50,936 bases of DNA from an uncultured Saprospiraceae bacterium. GTDB lineage: Bacteria > Bacteroidota > Bacteroidia > Chitinophagales > Saprospiraceae. Location of the stretch: positions 1 through 50,936 of the forward strand of contig CALDTJ010000110.1 in the NCBI GenBank assembly GCA_937924145.1, in the 5' to 3' direction. The notes beneath the pieces were generated by a model. It was not told the origin of the DNA. It searched no databases and saw only the letters and a list, made by a program, of their open reading frames with translations. Shown here one piece after another: positions 28,433-35,689 of the stretch. The position numbers and the translations under genes are program-made. Numbering within the stretch: position 1 is the stretch's first letter; every line of letters begins with the position of its first letter.

Positions 28433-28460
28433 CTGTAAATATTAACTGAAATATTTACAG
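28433..28460. promoter_or_regulatory. Perfect 11-bp-arm palindrome directly upstream of the orphan ORF pair (candidate operator or 5' hairpin)
   Basis: ctgtaaatatt-aactga-aatatttacag, ending 22 nt before the TTG at 28482. Confidence 0.35.
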
Positions 28461-28481
28461 ATAAACCTTGAAGTAGGATTA

Positions 28482-28841
28482 TTGTTTGAAATTGATTATT
28501 TTTACTCAAAAAATAAACATTTTAACATTTTGGGTAAAAAGAAAAAAAAGGATAGGATAGCTGAAAATTTTAAAAAAGACAATAATGGTTTTTTTGAAAG
28601 AGCTGATCCTGTAACTACTGTACTTGGATTTTTATTGTTGATATGCAGTCTTGTTTATGGGTATGCTTACGATAAGGCTAATATAGAAAACAGACTAAAA
28701 AACTTAGAAAATCCAAAGCAAATTGGAATTGAGAATATCAAGGTACATGAGGTGAGAAATAAAATTAATTTATCAGAGTGTCAAAATTATTATGTAGTAT
28801 TAGATTCTGTCCAAAACTTAATAAATGAAAGATGTCACTAA
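28482..28841 (+). CDS. Hypothetical small membrane protein (119 aa, TTG start), AT-rich orphan
   Basis: ORF from the track. One predicted TM helix (VTTVLGFLLLICSLVYGYAY) and a Lys-rich N-terminus. By hand, one 60-nt line sampled at 28561-28620 is ~27% GC. The stop overlaps the next ORF's start (ATGTCACTAA). It has no internal ATG, so it depends on a TTG start. Confidence 0.4.
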   Translation: MFEIDYFYSKNKHFNILGKKKKKDRIAENFKKDNNGFFERADPVTTVLGFLLLICSLVYGYAYDKANIENRLKNLENPKQIGIENIKVHEVRNKINLSECQNYYVVLDSVQNLINERCH

Positions 28842-29428
28842 AAATTTTAAATATTATTTTAATTGGGCTTATAGGTTTATTTTCTTCTTCTACCTACAAA
28901 TTAATCGAATATAATTATAGGTTGAGTAAATTAGAAAAAGCAAACGAAAATAATGAAAATTTCTATTATATTTTCGTAATGCAAGATGTAGATAAGAATT
29001 GTAATTTAGATACTGACGTTTTGGAAGAATATGTTAATTTAAATGAAATTGATGGTTTTTTTTACCACTTAAATGTAGTTGTTCCGAGTTACTGTCAAAC
29101 TATAAATAGCGATGTAACGAATTTTAAATACAATAAACCTGTCAGTAAAGATTTTAGTATTCATGAGAAAATTAGAAACACGGAAGGTTACAACTATGCT
29201 CCTCAAAACTGTAGATATTGTTTGTTGCCAATAATGGTATTTTTAAATTTTGAATTTACTGAAGAAGAAAAAGACGAAATTTATTCTGTATTAATAGATT
29301 TTATAAAAATTGAAGATGAATTTAATAAAGGTAAGATTGATGAATTACAGAGAGGAAGAGAATACGTAGATTATTATGATAGATTTAATTCGTTATTAAA
29401 TAGAATTGCCAGTAAAATAGAATTATAG
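28832..29428 (+). CDS. Hypothetical membrane-anchored protein (198 aa), AT-rich orphan
   Basis: ORF from the track. N-terminal TM/signal anchor (ILNIILIGLIGLFSSS). The rest is N/E/K/Y-rich, and I recognise no motif. Confidence 0.5.
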   Translation: MSLKILNIILIGLIGLFSSSTYKLIEYNYRLSKLEKANENNENFYYIFVMQDVDKNCNLDTDVLEEYVNLNEIDGFFYHLNVVVPSYCQTINSDVTNFKYNKPVSKDFSIHEKIRNTEGYNYAPQNCRYCLLPIMVFLNFEFTEEEKDEIYSVLIDFIKIEDEFNKGKIDELQRGREYVDYYDRFNSLLNRIASKIEL

Positions 29429-29469
29429 AAATCCCAATGTTACAAGTATAAATTTTAGATTGAGTACTC

Positions 29470-29524
29470 TGATTTTGTACAGATTAATAGCTCAGTCAGC
29501 TTTGATGGTTTGGCATTCTTTGTT
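29470..29524 (+). pseudogene. Degenerate copy of the last ~20 nt of the giant ORF fused directly to a copy of its terminator hairpin
   Basis: tctgattttgtacagattaatag versus 27966-27988 tctggctttgttcagattaatag (20 of 23). ctcagtcagctttgatggtttggcattctttgttttata versus 28186-28223 cccagtcagttttggtggctgggtattctttatttata. Confidence 0.75.
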
Positions 29525-29700
29525 TTATATCTCCTCATTAACCCCCCGAATAAACTCCATAATCTCCGTCCGCCCTTCCTTCTGAATAGAAGAAGTCACA
29601 AACTCCTGAGGCAACTCATCCCAATGTTCCAATAGGGTAGTGCGAATTCGGTCAATATTGGGCTGGACCTCAGCGGGCTTTAAGCGATCCGTTTTTGTAT
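29525..29700 (-). pseudogene. Non-functional duplicate of the 3' end of engB (~176 nt)
   Basis: My manual alignment to 30625-30800 shows about 12 mismatches in 176 nt, e.g. the shared run cattaaccccccgaataaactccataatctccgtccgccc. It lacks the rest of the gene. Confidence 0.85.
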
Positions 29701-29785
29701 GAACGAGATGGTACTTTTGACAATCAACTTTTACTTTTTCGAACGTACTTCTACTTAATTATAGTAGGTGAAGGAGAGAAATATT
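29701..29785 (+). pseudogene. Degenerate copy of part of the type-B CTD-coding 3' end of the giant gene
   Basis: ggtacttttgacaatcaactt...gtacttctacttaattatagtaggtgaaggagagaaatatt versus 27877-27965 ggtacttttgataatcaactc...gtacttctacttaattacggtaggcgaaggagagaaatatt, with indels. It ends exactly at the Uma2 stop codon. Confidence 0.8.
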
Positions 29786-30487
29786 TTATTTTTTAGCTAA
29801 TAGGTCATTAGGATCAATACCCAATTCTCGTAACTTTTGTGCAAGAATTTCTTTTTCTGCGATTGCCTCTTGCTTCTCTGCGATTGCCTCTTGCTTCTCT
29901 GCGATTGCTTTTTCCTTTTCTGCAACTACTTCGAGGTGATTTTTGAAAGGTTGTCCATTAGGATGAAGAATAGCAAGACTTTCTGCCTGTAATTCAAGAT
30001 GAAACCCCAAGTATTGACTGGTCCATCTTTGAGGGATGGGATGCAGTTCTACCAACTTATTATTTATTCTTTGATAAATTTGTAGATTGTTTTTTTGAGG
30101 ATAATAGATAATGTATTCCTCTACACCGTACTTTTCGTAGAAAGCTAACTTATGCGCCATTTCCTTCTTTCGATTACCAGGCGAAAGGATTTCAACAACT
30201 ACTTGAAATGGGATATTATCCTCATTCCATTGTAAATAAGAACTTCTGTCCCCTTTGGGCCGACCAACTGCCGCCATGACATCTGGTGCAATGCGGATGC
30301 GATTGTTTCCTTCTTCAGGATACCACAGTAGATCTCCTGCTACGAAAACGGTTTGATTTTGTGTAATTTCTTCAAATCCAGATTTGATGGTGGTCAGCCA
30401 ATCGTACTGGATGGTGTTTTCTGCCATAGGTTTTCCGTCTGAACTTGGGTAATAAACGGGTCTGTTCTTCGCTAAATTTACAGTCAT
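29786..30487 (-). CDS. Uma2-family (DUF820, PD-(D/E)xK) endonuclease
   Basis: Typical Uma2 layout: YYPSSDGKPMAENTIQYDW...APDVMAAVG...FQVVVEILSPGNRKKEMAHKLAFYEKYGVEEYIIYYPQKNNLQIY, with a C-terminal tail LAQKLRELGIDPNDL. I prefer the ATG at 30487 (MTVNLAKNRP) over the track start at 30580. Confidence 0.8.
   Translation of the reverse strand: MTVNLAKNRPVYYPSSDGKPMAENTIQYDWLTTIKSGFEEITQNQTVFVAGDLLWYPEEGNNRIRIAPDVMAAVGRPKGDRSSYLQWNEDNIPFQVVVEILSPGNRKKEMAHKLAFYEKYGVEEYIIYYPQKNNLQIYQRINNKLVELHPIPQRWTSQYLGFHLELQAESLAILHPNGQPFKNHLEVVAEKEKAIAEKQEAIAEKQEAIAEKEILAQKLRELGIDPNDLLAKK
29859..29921 (-). repeat. Three tandem 21-bp units (AIAEKQE heptads) in the Uma2 gene
   Basis: gcgattgcctcttgcttctct occurs twice exactly (29859-29900), followed by a degenerate third unit. 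Confidence 0.9.
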
Positions 30488-30624
30488 AAATACTTTTGAT
30501 TTAGTGGAAAAATTAGCCTCCTCTATTTTAAAATTACTAAAAAATAAGGAAAGCACAAACTTTGTGTTATTATTATTCAACGTCTCGACCAGTTGTCCTT
30601 AATTTATCATTTGTTCGATGTTCT

Positions 30625-31215
30625 TTATATCTCCCCATTAACCCCCCGAATAAACTCCATAATCTCCGTCCGCCCCTCCTTCTGAATAGAAGAAGTAATA
30701 AACTCCTGCGGCAACTCATCCCAATGTTCCAATAGGGTAGTGCGAATCCGATCAATATTAGGCTGGACCTCAGCAGGCTTTAAGCGATCTGTTTTGGTGT
30801 AAACGATAATAAAAGGCACTCGCTTATCTCCCAACCAATTCATAAAATCAATATCAATTTGTTGAGCGGGAATATTGGCGTCGATTAAAACAAAAGCACA
30901 GGCTAAGGTTTTTCGGTGTTGCAAGTAGCCTTCAATCATGATTTCCCACTCTCTTCTTTTCTTTTTGGAAATTTTCGCATAACCATACCCTGGTAAATCG
31001 ACCAAATACCATTCTAGGTCCACCAAGAAATAGTTAATCATTTGCGTTTTTCCTGGCTTTTTGGAAATTCTCGCTAAACCATTTCTTTTCGTTAGCATAT
31101 TGATTAACGAAGATTTCCCTACATTCGATCTTCCAATAAAAGCATATTCTGGCCTTTGGTCCTTTGGACATGAAGTGATGCTTGGGTAACTGCCTACATA
31201 TTTTACGTCTAGCAT
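30625..31215 (-). CDS. engB: Ribosome-biogenesis GTPase YsxC/EngB
   Basis: 196 aa with G1 GRSNVGKSSLIN, G3 DLPGYG and G4 TKTDR. Confidence 0.9.
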   Translation of the reverse strand: MLDVKYVGSYPSITSCPKDQRPEYAFIGRSNVGKSSLINMLTKRNGLARISKKPGKTQMINYFLVDLEWYLVDLPGYGYAKISKKKRREWEIMIEGYLQHRKTLACAFVLIDANIPAQQIDIDFMNWLGDKRVPFIIVYTKTDRLKPAEVQPNIDRIRTTLLEHWDELPQEFITSSIQKEGRTEIMEFIRGVNGEI

Positions 31216-31233
31216 GGCTATATATCTAGTTTC

Positions 31234-31357
31234 GATATTCCAAGTCTCCAGACTTGGAATTTATATCTCTGTCGTCTCCTGACGACTATATTATTTTAAG
31301 TATTGTCGTCAGGAGACGACAGCGATAGTGATTTTTAGTCTGGAGACTAGAAATATC
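31234..31357. repeat. Family B composite nested-palindrome element (~124 bp), copy 1
   Basis: The outer arm gatattccaagtctccagacttgg (31234-31257) opposes tagtctggagactagaaatatc (31336-31357). The inner arm gtcgtctcctgacgac (31271-31286) opposes gtcgtcaggagacgac (31305-31320). Each arm is itself palindromic. A homologous copy lies at 42351-42462. Confidence 0.85.
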
Positions 31358-31603
31358 ATCATGGTTATCGACGACCGAAATCGTCCCTACATTTCCGCAA
31401 AATTATAACTTTAATCATTAGCACACGTCACCCACATTTTAATTTCCATTTATAATTTTCATTTTCCTTAAAAACAACTGTCTCCACAACGCCAGTAATT
31501 AAAAAAAAGCGGAAACTAAACCAAATTGGAAAAGAAAAGTTATAATTTGGAAAACTTTGCGTAAGATTGCTACATAAATGTAACGAGGGATTTATTTAAT
31601 CGT

Positions 31604-31611
31604 TAAATTTG
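31604..31611 (+). promoter_or_regulatory. Candidate Bacteroidota -7 promoter box (TAnnTTTG) upstream of porP/sprF
   Basis: taaatttg lies 109 nt upstream of the ATG. I saw no convincing -33 TTTG, and this motif is frequent by chance in AT-rich DNA. Confidence 0.25.
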
Positions 31612-31719
31612 TGAGCTTTTCTGTCCAATGTAAAGAGAGAATCAAGCCTGCTAACACGCAACTTTTTCTCTTGAATTGGTACTCGTATTTTTAACATTCA
31701 CCATCACGAACTGTTCGAC

Positions 31720-32691
31720 ATGGTCAAAAACATACTACTTATACTTGCCTGCTGCACGTCTTTCACCTTGTTTGCTCAGCAACCCAGTAATTATAGCTTA
31801 TATATGTTCAATAAGTTTTCGTTTAACCCTGCTTATGCTGGGATGGACAACTCTTTGAGTTTTACTGGAATCTACAGGAATCAATGGTCTGGACTAACAA
31901 ACAGCCCAATTACCCAAAATCTCAATGTTCACATGCCTTTATATATTCTCGGAGGTGGTATTGGCATAAATGTTGAGAATGACAAGTTAGGTCTTGAGCA
32001 AAACCTGCTTGCATCACTTTCCTACAATTTTCAACTCCCCGTTGGAAAAATTGGGATTTTGGCCATAGGTGCAAGCGGTGGAATTTTTCAAAAGACACTA
32101 GATGGTTCTCGGATTTTAACACCCGATGGTCTATACGAAGGAACTACAATAAATCATAACGATGGTTTATTATTACCTACCGCTGAGGAAAGTGCTATTA
32201 CCCCCACCTTTAATGCAGGTATTTATTTTAAAACTGAAACATTTGAGGTTGGTTTATCAACCATTAATATACAGGAACCAGTCATTACCAATGACTTCTT
32301 TTCGACCACTTTGAGCCGCAACTATTTTTTTAATGTAGCGTACCAATTTGACCTGTTAAGGACAGTAACTGTTCACCCTTCGCTCTTAGTCAAATCAGAC
32401 TTTGTGGAGACCCAAACAGAAGTATCAGTTTTATTCAAATATAATGACAATATATTCGTAGGTGGTTCGTTTAGAGGATACAATACGAATACAGCAGATG
32501 CGGCTAGTTTAATCGTAGGTTTGAATTTAAGTGAGAAGATTACATTGGCTTATGCTTATGACTACACTTTATCAGATTTAAACTTAGTTAGCAACGGAAG
32601 TCATGAGCTGATGATTAATTATAACTTAGGAAGAGAAATTGGCAAAGGCAAACTACCTAAGATTATTTTCAACCCAAGATATATTGAATAA
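31720..32691 (+). CDS. porP: T9SS membrane protein of the PorP/SprF family
   Basis: 323 aa. It has a signal peptide (MVKNILLILACCTSFTLFAQQ) and the family N-terminal motif YSLYMFNKFSFNPAYAG. The sequence is beta-barrel-like and ends ...NPRYIE. It sits directly upstream of gldKLMN, like porP in the Porphyromonas porPKLMN operon. Confidence 0.85.
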   Translation: MVKNILLILACCTSFTLFAQQPSNYSLYMFNKFSFNPAYAGMDNSLSFTGIYRNQWSGLTNSPITQNLNVHMPLYILGGGIGINVENDKLGLEQNLLASLSYNFQLPVGKIGILAIGASGGIFQKTLDGSRILTPDGLYEGTTINHNDGLLLPTAEESAITPTFNAGIYFKTETFEVGLSTINIQEPVITNDFFSTTLSRNYFFNVAYQFDLLRTVTVHPSLLVKSDFVETQTEVSVLFKYNDNIFVGGSFRGYNTNTADAASLIVGLNLSEKITLAYAYDYTLSDLNLVSNGSHELMINYNLGREIGKGKLPKIIFNPRYIE

Positions 32692-32820
32692 GAGGAGAGA
32701 ATAGAGAGCAGAGAATAGAGATATGTGACTTAATGATTCGTATTTTATAGACAAATCTCAAGTACTTTTTATAAGACATCTCTTCTCTCTCAATGAAATG
32801 ATCTCGCCTCTCTGTTCTGC
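32692..32820. repeat. Word-built imperfect inverted repeat (GAGA-rich arm / TCTC-rich arm) just after the porP stop
   Basis: The left arm gaggagagaatagagagcagagaatagagat (32692-32723) opposes the right arm catctcttctctctcaatgaaatgatctcgcctctctgttctgc (32777-32820). Confidence 0.6.
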
Positions 32821-33333
32821 TTAAATGTAAGACAGTTTGCAAAAGTTTGAAATAAGTTATAATTAGCAGCTTTTTTTTGAAATGCTAAGTACTAAGAATT
32901 GAAAAATGGGCGTTTTAATTTCGATTAAAAAAATTAAGGACTAAAAACCCTTTGTTTTTTAATCAAAATATGAATTCGCTGATGTAAATAAAGACAAGTT
33001 TTATAATAGGAATCAAAGCAAACTACTGTCAGTAAAAAACAACTTGGTCGTTTTTTACGGTTTTTAAATGACAGAAAAAGCGGTTAATCTCCTAATTGTC
33101 GCCAATCATCAACTTTAATTTTTTTTTATCCTTTGAAAAAACACTTAACCGAGTAACTTTACGGTCGTTTTTCGGGCATGAAAGTTGGACGGAATTATTT
33201 TTGATTTATTTTCTCTGGATTGTCCTAAAATAAAATAACTACTTTACAGTCAGTTATTTATAAATTTAGAACAAACAAAATAAGTTAAACCTAATTTTTT
33301 CTGTCACATAGCCCAAACTAATTATAGGTAATT

Positions 33334-34635
33334 ATGAGCGTCAACATGAGAAAAATGTCTAAGTTTTTGTTTTCCCTGGTTGTTTTATTCGCCTTAACCA
33401 CTGCTTGTGGTAGAAAAGAAGGTGGAGAATTAACTGGAGTGTTAGATCGTCCGACTTTTAATGGAATTAATCCTTACGGCATGCAATATATCCCATCGGG
33501 TACTTTGCACATCGGTCCTGCCGATCAGGATTTAAGAAGTACTTACGTACAAAGACCTAAAGCCATTTCTATTCAAGGCTTCTTTATGGATGAAACGGAA
33601 ATCACTAATAATGAGTACCGTCAGTTCGTAAATTGGGTGAGAGATGAAAAAGCATTGCGTCTTTTAGATTATATGGCAGAAGATGATAATGGTGAATTAA
33701 CCGATAAGGTTGATTGGGATTATCGAGAGGATATTGACTGGGAAGATACGGAAAGTGAAGTTCAAGAATTATTCTACGATGATGAAAGCTTCATCTATTC
33801 TGGTGATGAACCAAGTATGGGTGGAAAAACAGTTGACATTGACAAATTAGTCTACGAATACAAAACTTACGACTGGAAGGGCGCTGCTCAAGACAGAAGT
33901 TTTGGTAACTTAGATAAATATGCTCAAAAGCATGAGGTAAATATCTATCCTGACATTTTCTGTTGGATTAGAGATTTCTCTTACTCTTATAATGAGCCAA
34001 TGACTAGAAACTATTTCTGGCACCCTGCTTTCGATGATTATCCAGTAGTGGGTGTGAATTGGAAAATGGCTCAAGCATTTTGTGCTTGGAGAACAGAACT
34101 TTGGAATAATGTCAAGGCAACTCAAAAAAATGAGGTAAACACGGAAGACTTCCGTTTACCAACTGAACATGAGTGGGAATATGCTGCCAGAGGTGGACAC
34201 GATTTAGCACCATACCCTTGGGGTGGATTTTATACAAGAAATGGTAAAGGATGTTTGTTAGCAAACTTCAAACCGGGTAGAGGTAATTATCCAGAAGACG
34301 GTGGTTTATACACAGTTGCTGCAGATATGTACTTCCCGAATGACTACCTATTATATAATATGGCAGGAAACGTAGCAGAGTGGACTTCATCTGCTTACTA
34401 CGAAAATGCCTACTCTTTCCTACATGATTTGAACCCAGATATCAGATATGATGCAACGGATGAAGATTATGAAGCTGACCAAAGAAAAGTAATCAGAGGT
34501 GGTTCTTGGAAAGATGTTGCTTACTTCTTAAGATGTGGTGTTCGTCACTGGGAATACCAAGATACAACTAAGTCTTACGTAGGATTTAGATGTGCGCTGA
34601 CTTTCTTAGGAAGATCTATCAATGACGACTTCTAA
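33334..34635 (+). CDS. gldK: Gliding motility / T9SS lipoprotein GldK (PorK)
   Basis: 433 aa with lipoprotein signal LFALTTAC. It has an FGE/SUMF1-type fold with VIRGGSWKD...YVGFRCA. It is first in the conserved K-L-M-N order. Confidence 0.9.
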   Translation: MSVNMRKMSKFLFSLVVLFALTTACGRKEGGELTGVLDRPTFNGINPYGMQYIPSGTLHIGPADQDLRSTYVQRPKAISIQGFFMDETEITNNEYRQFVNWVRDEKALRLLDYMAEDDNGELTDKVDWDYREDIDWEDTESEVQELFYDDESFIYSGDEPSMGGKTVDIDKLVYEYKTYDWKGAAQDRSFGNLDKYAQKHEVNIYPDIFCWIRDFSYSYNEPMTRNYFWHPAFDDYPVVGVNWKMAQAFCAWRTELWNNVKATQKNEVNTEDFRLPTEHEWEYAARGGHDLAPYPWGGFYTRNGKGCLLANFKPGRGNYPEDGGLYTVAADMYFPNDYLLYNMAGNVAEWTSSAYYENAYSFLHDLNPDIRYDATDEDYEADQRKVIRGGSWKDVAYFLRCGVRHWEYQDTTKSYVGFRCALTFLGRSINDDF

Positions 34636-34656
34636 TTGAATTATAAAAATATTAAA

Positions 34657-34696
34657 ATGGTACGAACGATTTGCACAATAATCTTCGTACCATTTT
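34657..34696 (+). terminator. Hairpin after gldK (terminator or processing-type)
   Basis: aaatggtacgaa / ttcgtaccattt forms a 12-bp perfect stem with a 14-nt loop, then tagtt. Confidence 0.5.
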
Positions 34697-34702
34697 AGTT
34701 AA

Positions 34703-34792
34703 AGTACAGGCGATTTCACTCGCCTTTTATTTTGACCATACAGGCGACTTCAATCGCCAAACTAAATTAAGGCGACTAAAGTCGCCTGTACT
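34703..34792. repeat. Three copies of the family A palindromic element between gldK and gldL
   Basis: agtacaggcgatttcactcgcc (34703-34724), catacaggcgacttcaatcgcc (34737-34758), and the inverted ggcgactaaagtcgcctgtact (34771-34792). Confidence 0.85.
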
Positions 34793-34929
34793 ACCAACTA
34801 AACAAACCCATCGTAATCGGCAAAAATTTGTTTTTGTCAACGATTAAAAAACTGTTACTTTTTAAGAAAAAAACGTTTTTAAAGTGACAATGTAACAATT
34901 TTAATAACCTACAATAACATTCAAAAGTT

Positions 34930-35526
34930 ATGAGTTTTGTAAAGTCAAAAGGATTCAAGTATTTAAAGAATTTATTAATTGGAGTTGGTGCTGCTGTTGT
35001 ATTAATGGGAGCATTATTTAAGTTAGAAAGTTGGCCTTATGCCAGTGAGATGTTGATTCTTGGATTATCAGTGGAGGCATTGATTTTCTTAGTATTAGGA
35101 ATATTAGGACCTGAAAAAGATTACTATTGGGAAAAGTTATACCCAGGATTAGATACTTATGGTGCGCAGATCCAACCTTTAGCGGCTGGTGGCGCTGTAG
35201 GCGCTGCTACACCAGGATTAAATGGTGAAGTTGTTGAGCAACAATTAGGAGGCATGTTAAACGAATTGCAAGGAATGTCTAAGAGCTTAGGTTCTTTGAA
35301 AGCATTGCAAGAAGCGGACTTCTCTGGAACTGGACAGCAAATCAAGCAGATGAATAGTTTCTACTCAAAGTTAAATGAAGCAATGGCTGATTTAGCGGAT
35401 TCAGTAGATGAAACTAAGCATTATAAAGATCAATTAACTGCTTTAAACACTAATTTGAACTCTTTGAATGGTGTTTATGGAGGTATGTTATCTGCTATGT
35501 CTAACATTGGTGGACCAAGAGGTTAA
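34930..35526 (+). CDS. gldL: Gliding motility / T9SS motor protein GldL (PorL)
   Basis: 198 aa. It has two N-terminal TM helices (LLIGVGAAVVLMGALFKLESWPYASEMLILGLSVEALIFLVLGIL) and a coiled cytoplasmic tail. It sits between gldK and gldM. Confidence 0.85.
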   Translation: MSFVKSKGFKYLKNLLIGVGAAVVLMGALFKLESWPYASEMLILGLSVEALIFLVLGILGPEKDYYWEKLYPGLDTYGAQIQPLAAGGAVGAATPGLNGEVVEQQLGGMLNELQGMSKSLGSLKALQEADFSGTGQQIKQMNSFYSKLNEAMADLADSVDETKHYKDQLTALNTNLNSLNGVYGGMLSAMSNIGGPRG

Positions 35527-35543
35527 TAAGATTGTATGATTGC

Positions 35544-35586
35544 AAGGTTGTATGATTGTTAGTTTAGCCAACAATCATACAATCTT
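35544..35586 (+). terminator. Long hairpin 18 nt after the gldL stop (attenuator or stabiliser candidate)
   Basis: ttgtatgattgtt (35548-35560) / aacaatcatacaa (35570-35582) forms a perfect 13-bp stem, extendable to 17 bp with one G-U pair. The arms are built from gattgt words. Confidence 0.5.
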
Positions 35587-35689
35587 ACAATTTCACGATC
35601 ATCCATTTTTAAAAATAAGTTGAGGATTGAATTTACGAGAAAGTAATCAAAGAAATATAAAGTCCCCAACGTTCTAAATATAAAGAAAG

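Noticed and set aside
30488-30580. A 31-codon N-terminal extension of the Uma2 ORF
   Set aside because: It is an AT-rich, Asn/Phe-rich sequence with no counterpart in Uma2 proteins. The Met at 30487 gives the usual family N-terminus.
27992-30624. A classical mobile element (IS, transposon or integrative island) explaining the accessory patch
   Set aside because: I found no transposase, integrase or recombinase ORF, no terminal inverted repeats bracketing the patch, and no tRNA target. The only duplications are the long junction fragments, so I describe it as a rearrangement hotspot rather than a named element.
30573-30755. A 60-aa minus-strand ORF overlapping the 3' end of engB
   Set aside because: It is an alternate frame of engB plus upstream spacer, and the Arg/Leu-rich product looks like frame noise.
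31676-31858. A 60-aa ORF overlapping the porP/sprF start in another frame
   Set aside because: The PorP/SprF frame carries the signal peptide and family motif. The alternate frame is hydrophobic noise.
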